Assembly: GCA_963934255.1 (NCBI GenBank)
Contig: CAWVXU010000002.1
Span: forward strand, 29,094-93,093
Source: an uncultured Fibrobacterales bacterium
GTDB lineage: Bacteria > Fibrobacterota > Fibrobacteria > Fibrobacterales > CAWVXU01
Direction: 5' to 3'
Length of the DNA: 64,000 bases
Shown here: positions 18,560-27,946 of the stretch, piece after piece
How the letters are laid out: each line of letters begins with the position of its first letter
Position numbering within the stretch: the stretch's first letter is position 1
The notes under the pieces: model-generated
Told to the model about the DNA's origin: nothing
The model's database searches: none
Seen by the model: the letters and a program-made list of their open reading frames with translations, nothing else
Position numbers and translations under genes: made by a program

Positions 18560-19798
18560 ATGATGAACAACAAATATTTAGCAATTAGCCTGAGTGGACT
18601 CTTAAGTTTAGGACTTGCGGGTTGCTTCACTGATTCGACATCTAGTCTACCGACTGTCCCAACATCAAGTCAAGTCTTATTTGAAATTCCTGCTTCACTG
18701 GTTCTAGGCTCCGATCAAGATACGGCAATACCCATGTCAATGGCCAAATTAAATTCATCGCTTTTTGATCCATATAAGCCAATCACAGACTATATTGCTC
18801 TTGCTGAAGAAGCTCGTTCAACTGTCGCTAAGATTATTGACAACCTTGAAAAGGAAAACCTTGCTAAAGAGGTTCTTATTGAAGAAAACGGGACTCGCAT
18901 TGAAACAATGAAACTGGATTCATCGGGTGTGAAATGGCAAGTCGTCAATTGGCGAAGTCCGGACGAAGATCAATCTGTTCGTTTAGTTTTAAGAAATTCA
19001 TCCAATACTTACGTCGGTCATGCAACACTACACATGCCCACTGAAGGCTCAACAATTCGCGTCGACTTTAGTGGGAAAGAAAATGCATCTACTGGACACA
19101 GAATGAAAATCACGATTCACAAACCGATTGAAACCTTAATTAATCTTGGTGCTCCTGCCGTAATTGTTGTCAATGCACTCAAAAAAGGCAGTAAAGTTTT
19201 CGTTTCTGGTACTTCAGTACATCCCACATTTAAAGACGACTTCTGGTTTGACGGACTATCAACTCCTGCCGTATACTCGTTCTTAGCCACCGCAGATACT
19301 CAAATCGAAACAGCAGTACTTCGCGCAGCATTTGGACCTCAATCAGAGGTGGGACCCAACTTCCTGACAGAGTATGCTCTAGATACAAGAATCATTAAGA
19401 CCCTTCATAAAAATATCCAACAACTGATGGAAAACGACCCTGAAGCAAAGGAAGCCATATTTTGGAGTTTAGAAAAAGAACTACCATTGACTACTTCATC
19501 AAGTCCACTTCGCTCAATCTATATAGTTACGCGTCAACCTGATTCATTTACTGAAGACGAAGTGAGTCTATTTGCTGACATTCAACTCAAAAGTGATTCA
19601 ACAGAGGAAGTGTATAGAGATCTTGCCATATTCGCTAAAGCGAAACAGCCCATATTCCTCAGCCGCGGCGCAGTCATAATAGGCAATAAAGATCATATTG
19701 ACGAATCTGCTATCACAATCAAAGAGTCTGATTTAGACGAAACCCTACAATCTGATACTCAAGTTGATGCTGCTATTGTAGTTGATGACCTCAACTAA
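18560..19798 (+). CDS. Hypothetical lipoprotein
   Basis: AGGAGG RBS; lipobox LAGC; followed by terminator. Confidence 0.8.
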   Translation: MMNNKYLAISLSGLLSLGLAGCFTDSTSSLPTVPTSSQVLFEIPASLVLGSDQDTAIPMSMAKLNSSLFDPYKPITDYIALAEEARSTVAKIIDNLEKENLAKEVLIEENGTRIETMKLDSSGVKWQVVNWRSPDEDQSVRLVLRNSSNTYVGHATLHMPTEGSTIRVDFSGKENASTGHRMKITIHKPIETLINLGAPAVIVVNALKKGSKVFVSGTSVHPTFKDDFWFDGLSTPAVYSFLATADTQIETAVLRAAFGPQSEVGPNFLTEYALDTRIIKTLHKNIQQLMENDPEAKEAIFWSLEKELPLTTSSSPLRSIYIVTRQPDSFTEDEVSLFADIQLKSDSTEEVYRDLAIFAKAKQPIFLSRGAVIIGNKDHIDESAITIKESDLDETLQSDTQVDAAIVVDDLN

Positions 19799-19822
19799 AT
19801 CATTATTTCATCCTAATAACCC

Positions 19823-19859
19823 AAGCCACTGGATAATTTTTTATCCAGTGGCTTTTTTT
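19823..19859 (+). terminator. Intrinsic terminator
   Basis: AAGCCACTGGATAA-TTTT-TTATCCAGTGGCTT plus T tract. Confidence 0.88.
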
Positions 19860-19875
19860 GCTCTCTAAGGTTTTA

Positions 19876-19933
19876 TGACACAACTATGACACATAGCTGA
19901 CAAACCCCCTTTTTTAAAGGGATAATCGTGACA
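19876..19933. promoter_or_regulatory. Phased TGACA direct repeats (11-bp period), candidate transcription-factor site
   Basis: TGACA at 19876, 19887, 19898 and again at 19929. Confidence 0.5.
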
Positions 19934-20032
19934 AACTCTTGTTTTTGCTCTCTACAAAGGAGCACATTAAGAGCAAAATAACTATTTTAAAGTACTAGAA
20001 CTCCCTATTTTAAAATAAGAACCAACGAACAG

Positions 20033-20968
20033 GTGATTTCACCATGGGAGTGCAATATGTCTTTTAATACACTAGAAATACAAGCTAAGCCCGAGACTTT
20101 ATCGGCTTATGAAATTTTACAGAGCAGCTATATGAGTAAACAGCCAGAAACAAATATCTTTGACTATGTTGATTTCCGTATCTACCTCAAAGATTTTTTT
20201 GCCGCCAAAAAGAAAATTGATGGGAAGTATTCTCAACGCTTCATCATCCAAAAAGTGGGTGCAAGCTCCTCTGGTTGGTATTCTGACTTAATCGCAGGGC
20301 GCAAAAAATTAAGCTCAACCTTTCAAATGAGGCTCGTGCAGCTTCTGCATATTGGCCCACGCGAACAACAATACTTTAATGCTCTCGTGAAATACAATCA
20401 AGCCGATGGACACGAAATAAAAGAAAGCGCATACAAATACCTACTAGATTTTCATGAAATCAAACCTGAAACTCTCGGGCATGATCAATATGAGTTTTTT
20501 ACCAAATGGTATTACACAGCTATTAGAGAACATATTTTACTTCATTCTTTTGACGGAGATTTCAACTCACTCGCTAGGCATTTGATCCCTGCTATCACCC
20601 CTATTCAAGCCAAAGAAGCTGTCACTCTACTTCAAAAACTTGACCTCGTGGAGAGAAGCCCTCTTGGTATCTGGAAGCCCAAATCCGAGCATATCCGTAA
20701 AGACAATAATACGCACGCTAATCACTTCATCAACTACCTTAAAGCCAATATGGGAGTCGCAATGAAGGCTTTAGAGGAACTATCAAGAGAGGAACGTGAT
20801 TTTAGCGCCCTGACGATAGGACTTGATGAGGCAGGTTTTGCTGAAGTCAAAGACGACATCCAAGCACTCAAAGAAAAAATGAAAGCCATCAGCGCAAGAA
20901 TAGAAGAAGGCGGACGAGTCTATCAAATATTAATTCAAGCTTTTCCTATGACTAGAGCATTAAAGTAA
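20033..20968 (+). CDS. TIGR02147/DUF4423-like protein (HTH-containing)
   Basis: IFDYVDFRIYLKDFF, KWYYTAIRE, ERDFSALT, VYQILIQAFP; likely start 20132. Confidence 0.88.
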   Translation: MISPWECNMSFNTLEIQAKPETLSAYEILQSSYMSKQPETNIFDYVDFRIYLKDFFAAKKKIDGKYSQRFIIQKVGASSSGWYSDLIAGRKKLSSTFQMRLVQLLHIGPREQQYFNALVKYNQADGHEIKESAYKYLLDFHEIKPETLGHDQYEFFTKWYYTAIREHILLHSFDGDFNSLARHLIPAITPIQAKEAVTLLQKLDLVERSPLGIWKPKSEHIRKDNNTHANHFINYLKANMGVAMKALEELSREERDFSALTIGLDEAGFAEVKDDIQALKEKMKAISARIEEGGRVYQILIQAFPMTRALK

Positions 20969-21053
20969 TGTGCATATAACGATGAATATACTTTACTTTT
21001 TGGTTGAAAACGTGTAACATAAACAAGGTGAATATTAAAGATAGTTACTAGAC

Positions 21054-22310
21054 GTGGGTCAAATGATAGAACACTTAGATACGGCAAGTTTATGGAATAA
21101 ATTGCAGGTTCAATTCGAGAATCAAGAAAGTGGACTCAATAGGACTCTTGCTGATATAGTAAAAACCCTCAAAGCCGAATTTGACGCTAAAAACATCTCT
21201 TGTACTATCAAAAAACGGGTTAAAAAACGAAGTAGCTACTACGCTAAATTAAAAGATGCTTATAAGTCTGACCCTTCTGATGACCAACCCTTAACTGACC
21301 TTCTCGGTATACGAGTCATCGTTCCTTTTTTAGAAGATATTCAATCAGCCGTTGAGGAATTACGAAACTCTTATGAGATACTTGAACGTCAAGACAAAAA
21401 GGAAAGCCTTAGCTTTAGAGAGTTTTCATACGACTCTATACATCTCCTCATCCCCTATCCTGGAGCTGAAGATACATTAGAAATTATTCATGGTAATCAA
21501 AAGGTCATCGAAATTCAAATTAGGACGACTTTACAAGATGCATGGGCCGAAGTAGAGCATCAGCTCATATACAAGACACCTGTCAATCCTGATCAGATTG
21601 TTAAACGTAAAATGGCCTCCCTCAACGCTAATCTTGCTCTGTCTGATATTATATTTCAAGAGATTCGAGATAATCAAAAGCAATTGTTAAAAGAGTCTCA
21701 ATCACGCATGGAAATGGTGCAAAACAAAGCCTTCGAATCAACCCCCAAAGACCCCTTCGTCCACAATCCTAATGCAGCCTCTGCCAAACAAACTAATGTA
21801 GAGGACATAGAGGACATAGAGGACATAGAGGATAGTTGCAACTTTGAAATACTGCTCCAAAAAGCACTCAGTTCACACACCAATAAAGACTATACCCTCG
21901 CACTTTCGCTGTATCACAAATCTATCGATAAATGTGTTGATAAGCAAGGGCTCTCCATCGCGCATCACCACGCCGGCATGGTTTACTTTATGCTGTCGCA
22001 ATATGAGTCAGCCATTAGCAACTTCGACCTAGCAGTCACATACAATCCAAAGAATGAACGTGCATTTATTAATCGAGGAATAATTCATCAGTTAAAAAAT
22101 CAACTTTCCCTAGCCATTCAAGATTTTAAAATTGCTATTGAACTCAATCATGACCAAGTTGATACTTGGCTTCACTTAGCTAATTGTTATCTACAACGCT
22201 ATGAGCTATCAGATGCCCTCGGTGCAATTAATCAGGCAATCATCATTGACCCTCAGCACCCTCGAGCACAAAGCCTGCAGCTAGAAATTTCAGAGAAGCT
22301 TATTCCTTAG
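21054..22310 (+). CDS. RelA/SpoT-type (p)ppGpp synthetase domain plus C-terminal TPRs
   Basis: RVKKRSSYYAKL, DLLGIRV, YDSIH, EIQIRTTLQDAWAEVEHQLIYK; no HD domain seen. Confidence 0.88.
   Translation: MGQMIEHLDTASLWNKLQVQFENQESGLNRTLADIVKTLKAEFDAKNISCTIKKRVKKRSSYYAKLKDAYKSDPSDDQPLTDLLGIRVIVPFLEDIQSAVEELRNSYEILERQDKKESLSFREFSYDSIHLLIPYPGAEDTLEIIHGNQKVIEIQIRTTLQDAWAEVEHQLIYKTPVNPDQIVKRKMASLNANLALSDIIFQEIRDNQKQLLKESQSRMEMVQNKAFESTPKDPFVHNPNAASAKQTNVEDIEDIEDIEDSCNFEILLQKALSSHTNKDYTLALSLYHKSIDKCVDKQGLSIAHHHAGMVYFMLSQYESAISNFDLAVTYNPKNERAFINRGIIHQLKNQLSLAIQDFKIAIELNHDQVDTWLHLANCYLQRYELSDALGAINQAIIIDPQHPRAQSLQLEISEKLIP
21801..21833 (+). repeat. In-frame 9-bp tandem repeat (EDI)x3
   Basis: GAGGACATA x3 plus GAGGAT. 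Confidence 0.9.
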
Positions 22311-22421
22311 ATACTCCATCCTAGATCAAGGTTGAAGAGTAGGCATATCACTCTAAAATTTTGCTATTTTTGTCTCAAATGAAGTTAAGATTTGTCACAT
22401 CATATAGTTTCGGGAGTCACC

Positions 22422-23915
22422 ATGTCAGAAGTCTCAAATGCCGTTCGCGTCCGTTTTGCCCCCAGTCCAACAGGCTACCTTCACGTGGGTGGTGCTCGTA
22501 CTGCGCTATTTAACTGGTTATTTGCTCGCCATAACAAGGGAACATTCATCGTTCGTATCGAAGATACTGACCAAAGTCGTTACTCAGAAGCTGCTCTTAA
22601 GGACCTGCTTCGCGATTTAAAATGGCTAGGAATGGATTGGGATGAAGGCCCTGGAGTCAATACAGAAGGTCAGCCTGAAGGTTCTGTCGGCAAGTTTGGG
22701 CCTTACCAACAGTCTCTTCGTTTGACAAAATACCACGCAGCCGCTGATGAGCTTCTAAGCAAAGGCTTGGCCTACAGATGTTTTTGCTCAAGTGAAAGGC
22801 TTGCTGAGCTTCGTGAAAAGCAACAAGAAGCAGGAGGAGCCACAGGCTATGATCGCTTTTGTCGGGATTTGTCGACAGAAGACTCCATCACTCGTGCCGC
22901 AAACGAAGAGTTTGTTGTTCGTTTGAAAGTTCCTTTAGACGGTGAGACATCTTTTACTGATTTGATTCGTGGTCCTATATCTACTCCCAATAATATTCTT
23001 GATGATATGGTACTTCTTAAGCGTGATAAATTTCCAACCTACCACCTAGCTAATGTTGTGGATGATCACGATATGAAAATCTCTCACGTACTTCGTGGCG
23101 ATGAGTGGATTCCTTCAACATCACGACATGTTCTACTCTATCAAGCATTTGGTTGGTCGCTCCCGGTATTTGCCCATCTGCCTATTATATTAGCCCCTGG
23201 TGGCGGGAAGCTCTCCAAAAGAAAAGGCGCGGCTTCCGTAGGTGATTTTGAGGAAAAAGGAATTTTACCTGAAGCTCTATTTAACTTCTTAGCCCTACTA
23301 GGCTGGTCTCCAGGCGATGATAGAGAAAAAATGTCTCTTGAAGAAATCATTAACGCATTTGAAATTGAGCGAATTCAATCCAAAGGTGCCGCCTTTGATG
23401 AAGCCAAACTCGAATGGCTCAACGGTCAATACTTCATCCAAACTCCAGCTCAAGAACTTCTACCTATTTTCACTAAAGAGTGTCAGGCACAAGATTTGGA
23501 TATTTCGGGTAAATCAGACACTCAGGTTATTGCTGTTATTGAGATTATTCAAGAGCGTATAAAGGTTCGCCAAGATATGCCCAAACTTGCAGAGTACTTC
23601 TTCAAGGCACCAACGACTTGGGACGCCAAAGTCGCCAAAAAAGCTTGGAAAGAGGATTCACCAAAAATCATTTCCCATCTTTGCAAAAAACTAAAAAAAC
23701 TCAATGATTGGAGTGAAACGGCTCTAGAATTAGAGTTTCAAGCAACACTAGCTGAGTTGGAAGTTGGGTTCGGCCCTCTTGGTAAACCGACTCGCTTGGC
23801 ACTTTCAGGGCTCGCCGGCGGTCCAAGTTTATATGCAATCATGACTATTTTAGGTAAAGAAGACTCGATCTCGCGCCTAGAAAATGCTATATCTAATTAT
23901 GAAATAAAGACTTAA
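22422..23915 (+). CDS. gltX: Glutamate--tRNA ligase
   Basis: VRVRFAPSPTGYLHVGG, IEDTD, KLSKR. Confidence 0.97.
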   Translation: MSEVSNAVRVRFAPSPTGYLHVGGARTALFNWLFARHNKGTFIVRIEDTDQSRYSEAALKDLLRDLKWLGMDWDEGPGVNTEGQPEGSVGKFGPYQQSLRLTKYHAAADELLSKGLAYRCFCSSERLAELREKQQEAGGATGYDRFCRDLSTEDSITRAANEEFVVRLKVPLDGETSFTDLIRGPISTPNNILDDMVLLKRDKFPTYHLANVVDDHDMKISHVLRGDEWIPSTSRHVLLYQAFGWSLPVFAHLPIILAPGGGKLSKRKGAASVGDFEEKGILPEALFNFLALLGWSPGDDREKMSLEEIINAFEIERIQSKGAAFDEAKLEWLNGQYFIQTPAQELLPIFTKECQAQDLDISGKSDTQVIAVIEIIQERIKVRQDMPKLAEYFFKAPTTWDAKVAKKAWKEDSPKIISHLCKKLKKLNDWSETALELEFQATLAELEVGFGPLGKPTRLALSGLAGGPSLYAIMTILGKEDSISRLENAISNYEIKT

Positions 23916-23929
23916 GTAGATTATAATTC

Positions 23930-25213
23930 ATGCAAGAGGTTTTTAGCACATTTTTTAAGAACGAAGGTTTGTTTTGCAGATCTTGTTCTTCTGTGTCTCC
24001 TCATCAACTTTTTTCGAGAACCCCACTTGACCTCAATCGTCCAGAGATTAAAAAAGAACGACTTCTAGCCTCTTGTGACAATTGTCAAGACAATCAGATC
24101 TTGATCTACTCAGACCTTCGCTCCCTCAATCCAGAAGAGACCAAAACATTCTCTTGTAAAATTGCAGGTAAAGGTCGTATCACTCTTGGAGATTGGGTAT
24201 ACATCCCAGGACACTCAAGACCCGGTATTGTTAAATCCAAAACCAGGGTCGAAGACAAAGAGTGTTTCTACCTGAGCTACGAAGATGGTTCTCAACGTAA
24301 ACTGATTTTAAAAACGCCAAATACAGCTGGCAAACAGGCCATGACTTATTACAAGTTATTACCCTACCAACTTGGAACAACGCTTGTTGGTGACTACATC
24401 TACCATGTGAGTCGTGATGTTATTGGCAAAGCCGTCGGTGTAATACATGGGCCTAAAGAAAAAATTATCGTCCAACTTGAAGACAGCACTTATCTTGTCA
24501 TGACTTTAGCAGGCTCTAAGACTGCCGTCAAAAGTAATCTCAACCTAAAAGAAACTATCGTTCAAGCAATTAATTCAATCTCGCATTTCGAAGTCAATCA
24601 AATCCTGGTTGAAGTCACTAATGGAATTGTTTATGTCTCAGGCTATTGTCATTCTTTATTTGAAAAAGAAACTTTGATAAGGTTTATTGAGTCGCTCGAA
24701 GGCATACTCGCAGTCATCCCCAAAATTAAAATTCAACCCACGATTGCTGTATCTGATATAACGCTTCAACGCGAAGTACAAGATATTCTTTTTAATAAAC
24801 ACAGTGGTGTCATTGGCATCCGGATCTCCGTTAATCAAGGCGTTGTTGAACTCAGTGGTTTTATTGAAAACGATAAGAATCCTCAAGAAATTTACGAGCT
24901 TCTTATCCCTATCAATGGCATCATTGATCTTGAATTAAAACTCACCAAGCGAACAACCAACAACTTTGCTGATATGGAAAAAACACGTCTAGTGGTTCAA
25001 GCTCTGAAACGAAATGGTGCACTCTCATCGGCTAGGATTAGTGTGCACACCATCGGTGGAGAGATTTACCTAGAAGGTGAAGTAAATAACTCTTTGCAAA
25101 AAAACACCGCGACATTCTCATCCATGTGGGCCGGTAAAAATCTTTCCGTCATTAATAATCTTCGGATTGTCAAAAGCTTACCTCCCCAAGAACAACGTAA
25201 ACAAAACCTATAA
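23930..25213 (+). CDS. BON-domain protein with N-terminal CxxC...CxxC
   Basis: CRSC...H...CDNC; three BON-like repeats (VEVTNGIVYVSG, ISVNQGVVELSG, VHTIGGEIYLEG). Confidence 0.8.
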   Translation: MQEVFSTFFKNEGLFCRSCSSVSPHQLFSRTPLDLNRPEIKKERLLASCDNCQDNQILIYSDLRSLNPEETKTFSCKIAGKGRITLGDWVYIPGHSRPGIVKSKTRVEDKECFYLSYEDGSQRKLILKTPNTAGKQAMTYYKLLPYQLGTTLVGDYIYHVSRDVIGKAVGVIHGPKEKIIVQLEDSTYLVMTLAGSKTAVKSNLNLKETIVQAINSISHFEVNQILVEVTNGIVYVSGYCHSLFEKETLIRFIESLEGILAVIPKIKIQPTIAVSDITLQREVQDILFNKHSGVIGIRISVNQGVVELSGFIENDKNPQEIYELLIPINGIIDLELKLTKRTTNNFADMEKTRLVVQALKRNGALSSARISVHTIGGEIYLEGEVNNSLQKNTATFSSMWAGKNLSVINNLRIVKSLPPQEQRKQNL

Positions 25214-25228
25214 TTTTGGAGTCAACAC

Positions 25229-26206
25229 TTGGCAACTAAACATCAAAATATGGTAAAGCTAGTTGAACGACTAAAGACGAATCCCATGTCTCAAACGGAA
25301 ATCGCCCGTTTTTTTTGTGTCACTCCTCGAACAGTAATGAGATACATAAAAGAGATGGAAGAGACCACTCCGGGCTTTAATAGACATCCGATTAATGGCC
25401 GACAGTATAAATACTCTGTGCAAGAAGACGATGACTTTAGCCCCAAACTTCTACGTGATATTGAGAAGATGCAAGAACAATTTTCTGCAAATGGACATGT
25501 TGCAGGCTCTCAAATTTTATCCAAAATCTTAGCTAAGTTAAATACTAAAACCAATCTTGACAAAGCAATGCCTCAAGTACAGGTTTTGGATAGTGGCTAT
25601 TATATGAATCATGGTCCTTTTGCCGAGCATAAGGGTAATTCTTTAAAAAATCAGAAGCTCCTCATAGCAATTAGAGATTGCCAGATATTAAAAATATCCT
25701 ACACACCAAGAGATCAAGACGAACTTTCTGATAAGCAAAATTTTAAATTTCGCCCCTATAAAGTTTCACTTCGAATTGGTCGACTCTATCTAGTCGGAGA
25801 ACGTGATGATGACCTCGGTCAGTTTATAAGCATCCCAATAGATCGCATAACTAGATACCAAAGTACCGGTCTAGATTTTAAGAATGAAGTTCAGGATTTT
25901 GATATTGATGAATTTTACAAATACTCTTGGGGTCAGTATATCGGATTAAATGCACCCGAAAAAATTACTCTCAACTTAAAAGACGACTGGTTAGTTCAAC
26001 GTTTTATTGAATCAAATTTCAACCCCAAAATCAAGATTGAAGAAAAAGGAAGAGGTAAACTAAAGAAAACTCTCGCCCACCTAGAACTTCGAGTGACTCC
26101 TGATTTTGAAGCCTTTGTGTTTGGTCATATGCCAGACCTTGAAGTGGTAAAACCCGCTAAATTGCGAGAAAAACTATTCAATCGTGCAAAAGGTATTGCC
26201 CCTTAA
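25229..26206 (+). CDS. HTH-WYL domain transcriptional regulator
   Basis: HTH EIARFFCVTPRTVMRYI; FRPYKV...RLYLVG...IDRI; C-terminal LEVVKPAKLRE; GGAG RBS before TTG. Confidence 0.88.
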   Translation: MATKHQNMVKLVERLKTNPMSQTEIARFFCVTPRTVMRYIKEMEETTPGFNRHPINGRQYKYSVQEDDDFSPKLLRDIEKMQEQFSANGHVAGSQILSKILAKLNTKTNLDKAMPQVQVLDSGYYMNHGPFAEHKGNSLKNQKLLIAIRDCQILKISYTPRDQDELSDKQNFKFRPYKVSLRIGRLYLVGERDDDLGQFISIPIDRITRYQSTGLDFKNEVQDFDIDEFYKYSWGQYIGLNAPEKITLNLKDDWLVQRFIESNFNPKIKIEEKGRGKLKKTLAHLELRVTPDFEAFVFGHMPDLEVVKPAKLREKLFNRAKGIAP

Positions 26207-26776
26207 TTAGTCAGCCATTTCAAAATAAGTGTAGTAAGATTTTAAATAGGCGATAACTTTATTTGATTCTTTCACACCAGTCTTAGGGTTCATCGCAGCT
26301 ACGTACTTTTGAATCGGTATAAAGAACTGAGTCAATGCCTCACTTGCGTCCCCTTGAATTATACAAGTTTTTGCCATTTCAGTGAAAACACTTTGAAGAT
26401 CTGACTGATAGCGAAGTCCATCATAGTTGCCAGAGATAGAGTAATCACTAGAAAACTTAGAAAGCTTACCAACGCTAAATGTAAAACACTCATCAACTGC
26501 CCATGGTTTTTGGTCTACAATTGCAATTTTGACAGGTATTAACATTACAGGCTTAGGGATGGGCTTAGGTTGAATACCTTCACCACCAAGAGCTTTAGGG
26601 AGGTCCGCACCTACCACTGGAGCACCTAGGTCACTTGTCATATCAGCCAAGTCATTATTTGACGGTCCAGAAGATTTTGGAGCACAGGCAGTCATTGTCA
26701 ATACGATTCCAAGTATTCCAAGTATTTGGACTTTCCCAAGGAAGTTGGGTAAATTTAAAGTGCGAATTTTAAGCAT
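26207..26776 (-). CDS. Hypothetical lipoprotein
   Basis: Hydrophobic leader and MTAC lipobox; stop abuts the WYL stop. Confidence 0.7.
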   Translation of the reverse strand: MLKIRTLNLPNFLGKVQILGILGIVLTMTACAPKSSGPSNNDLADMTSDLGAPVVGADLPKALGGEGIQPKPIPKPVMLIPVKIAIVDQKPWAVDECFTFSVGKLSKFSSDYSISGNYDGLRYQSDLQSVFTEMAKTCIIQGDASEALTQFFIPIQKYVAAMNPKTGVKESNKVIAYLKSYYTYFEMAD

Positions 26777-26893
26777 AATAAATCCTGATGATATGTTGGG
26801 ATAAAGCTTGCTTTATCTATTTAAGATAAACTTAGTTAATCTTTGCGTAGCATCAAAATTAACAATGAAGGAATCAAAAAATTTAACTCTCAT

Positions 26894-27946
26894 TTAGAGA
26901 ATGAGCATTCCATCACCATAACTAAATAGACGCATTTTTTCTTCAAAAGCATAGTTGTAAGCTTTAAGGATTTGTTCTCGCGAACATAATGCAGAAACTA
27001 AAAGCAGCAATGTTGATCTAGGCCAATGGAAGTTTGTCACCATACCATCAACTATTTTCCACTGATACCCGGGATAGATATAGGCATGAGTGACACCTTG
27101 GCCCGCTATGACTAATCCATCATCCTGAGCAACAGTCTCCAACACCCGAGTTGATGTTGTGCCTACGCTAATGATACGGCCGCCTCCAGCCTTGGCGTCA
27201 TTAATTATCTGGGCGTTAAAAGTATCTAATTGATAAACTTCACCATGCATAGGGTGTTCAAGTGCGTTTTCCACTTCAACTGGCTTAAAAGTTCCAGGCC
27301 CTACATGAAGCGTTACTTCTGCCACATGCACACCCTTGGCTTGAATGCCTTTCATCATGTCTTCAGAGAAATGAAGTGAAGCCGTAGGGGCTGCTACGGC
27401 ACCACGATGTTTAGCAAATACTGTTTGATAGGAAGCCGCATCCTCTTGGTCTGCCTCGCGCTCGATATAAGGAGGTAGTGGAATTTTACCAGAAGCATCA
27501 AGCATTGCATCAAATACGACATGGGTACAATCAAATTTCAAAACTCGAGTTCCATCTTCTTGGATTTCAATTACTTCCAAACGAATTCCATTAACTTCAT
27601 GAGAGGCACCCAATTTAAAATGTTTACCGGGCTTGATCCATGCTTCCCACACAACACCTTCAACATGGGGCACTGGAGCCACAAGTAAAATTTCAAATTT
27701 GCCACCGGTGGACTTGGTTCCAAAAAGTCTAGCAGGTATGACCTTGGTATTGTTGACGACAAGACAGTCACCGGGATTAAATTGATCAATCATGGTCTTA
27801 GCGGAAATTTTTTTAAAATCAAGGTTTGTCCCTGACTTGGGCACTAATAAAATCTCGCTCTCACCTTTGGGGGCGGCTCGAGAAGCTATCAGTTCTTTGG
27901 GGAATTCAAAATCATAATCAGAAATTAGAATGGCATTTTGAGTCAA
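26894..27946 (-). CDS. queA: SAM:tRNA ribosyltransferase-isomerase
   Basis: NNTKVIPARL, IPLPPYI, AVAAPTASLHF, TLHVGPGTF, TNFHWP, FSYGDGML. Confidence 0.97.
   Translation of the reverse strand: MTQNAILISDYDFEFPKELIASRAAPKGESEILLVPKSGTNLDFKKISAKTMIDQFNPGDCLVVNNTKVIPARLFGTKSTGGKFEILLVAPVPHVEGVVWEAWIKPGKHFKLGASHEVNGIRLEVIEIQEDGTRVLKFDCTHVVFDAMLDASGKIPLPPYIEREADQEDAASYQTVFAKHRGAVAAPTASLHFSEDMMKGIQAKGVHVAEVTLHVGPGTFKPVEVENALEHPMHGEVYQLDTFNAQIINDAKAGGGRIISVGTTSTRVLETVAQDDGLVIAGQGVTHAYIYPGYQWKIVDGMVTNFHWPRSTLLLLVSALCSREQILKAYNYAFEEKMRLFSYGDGMLIL

Noticed and set aside
25229..26206. WYL gene as marker of a defence island or CRISPR locus
   Set aside because: Flanked by gltX and queA; no nuclease, cas gene or repeat-spacer array seen
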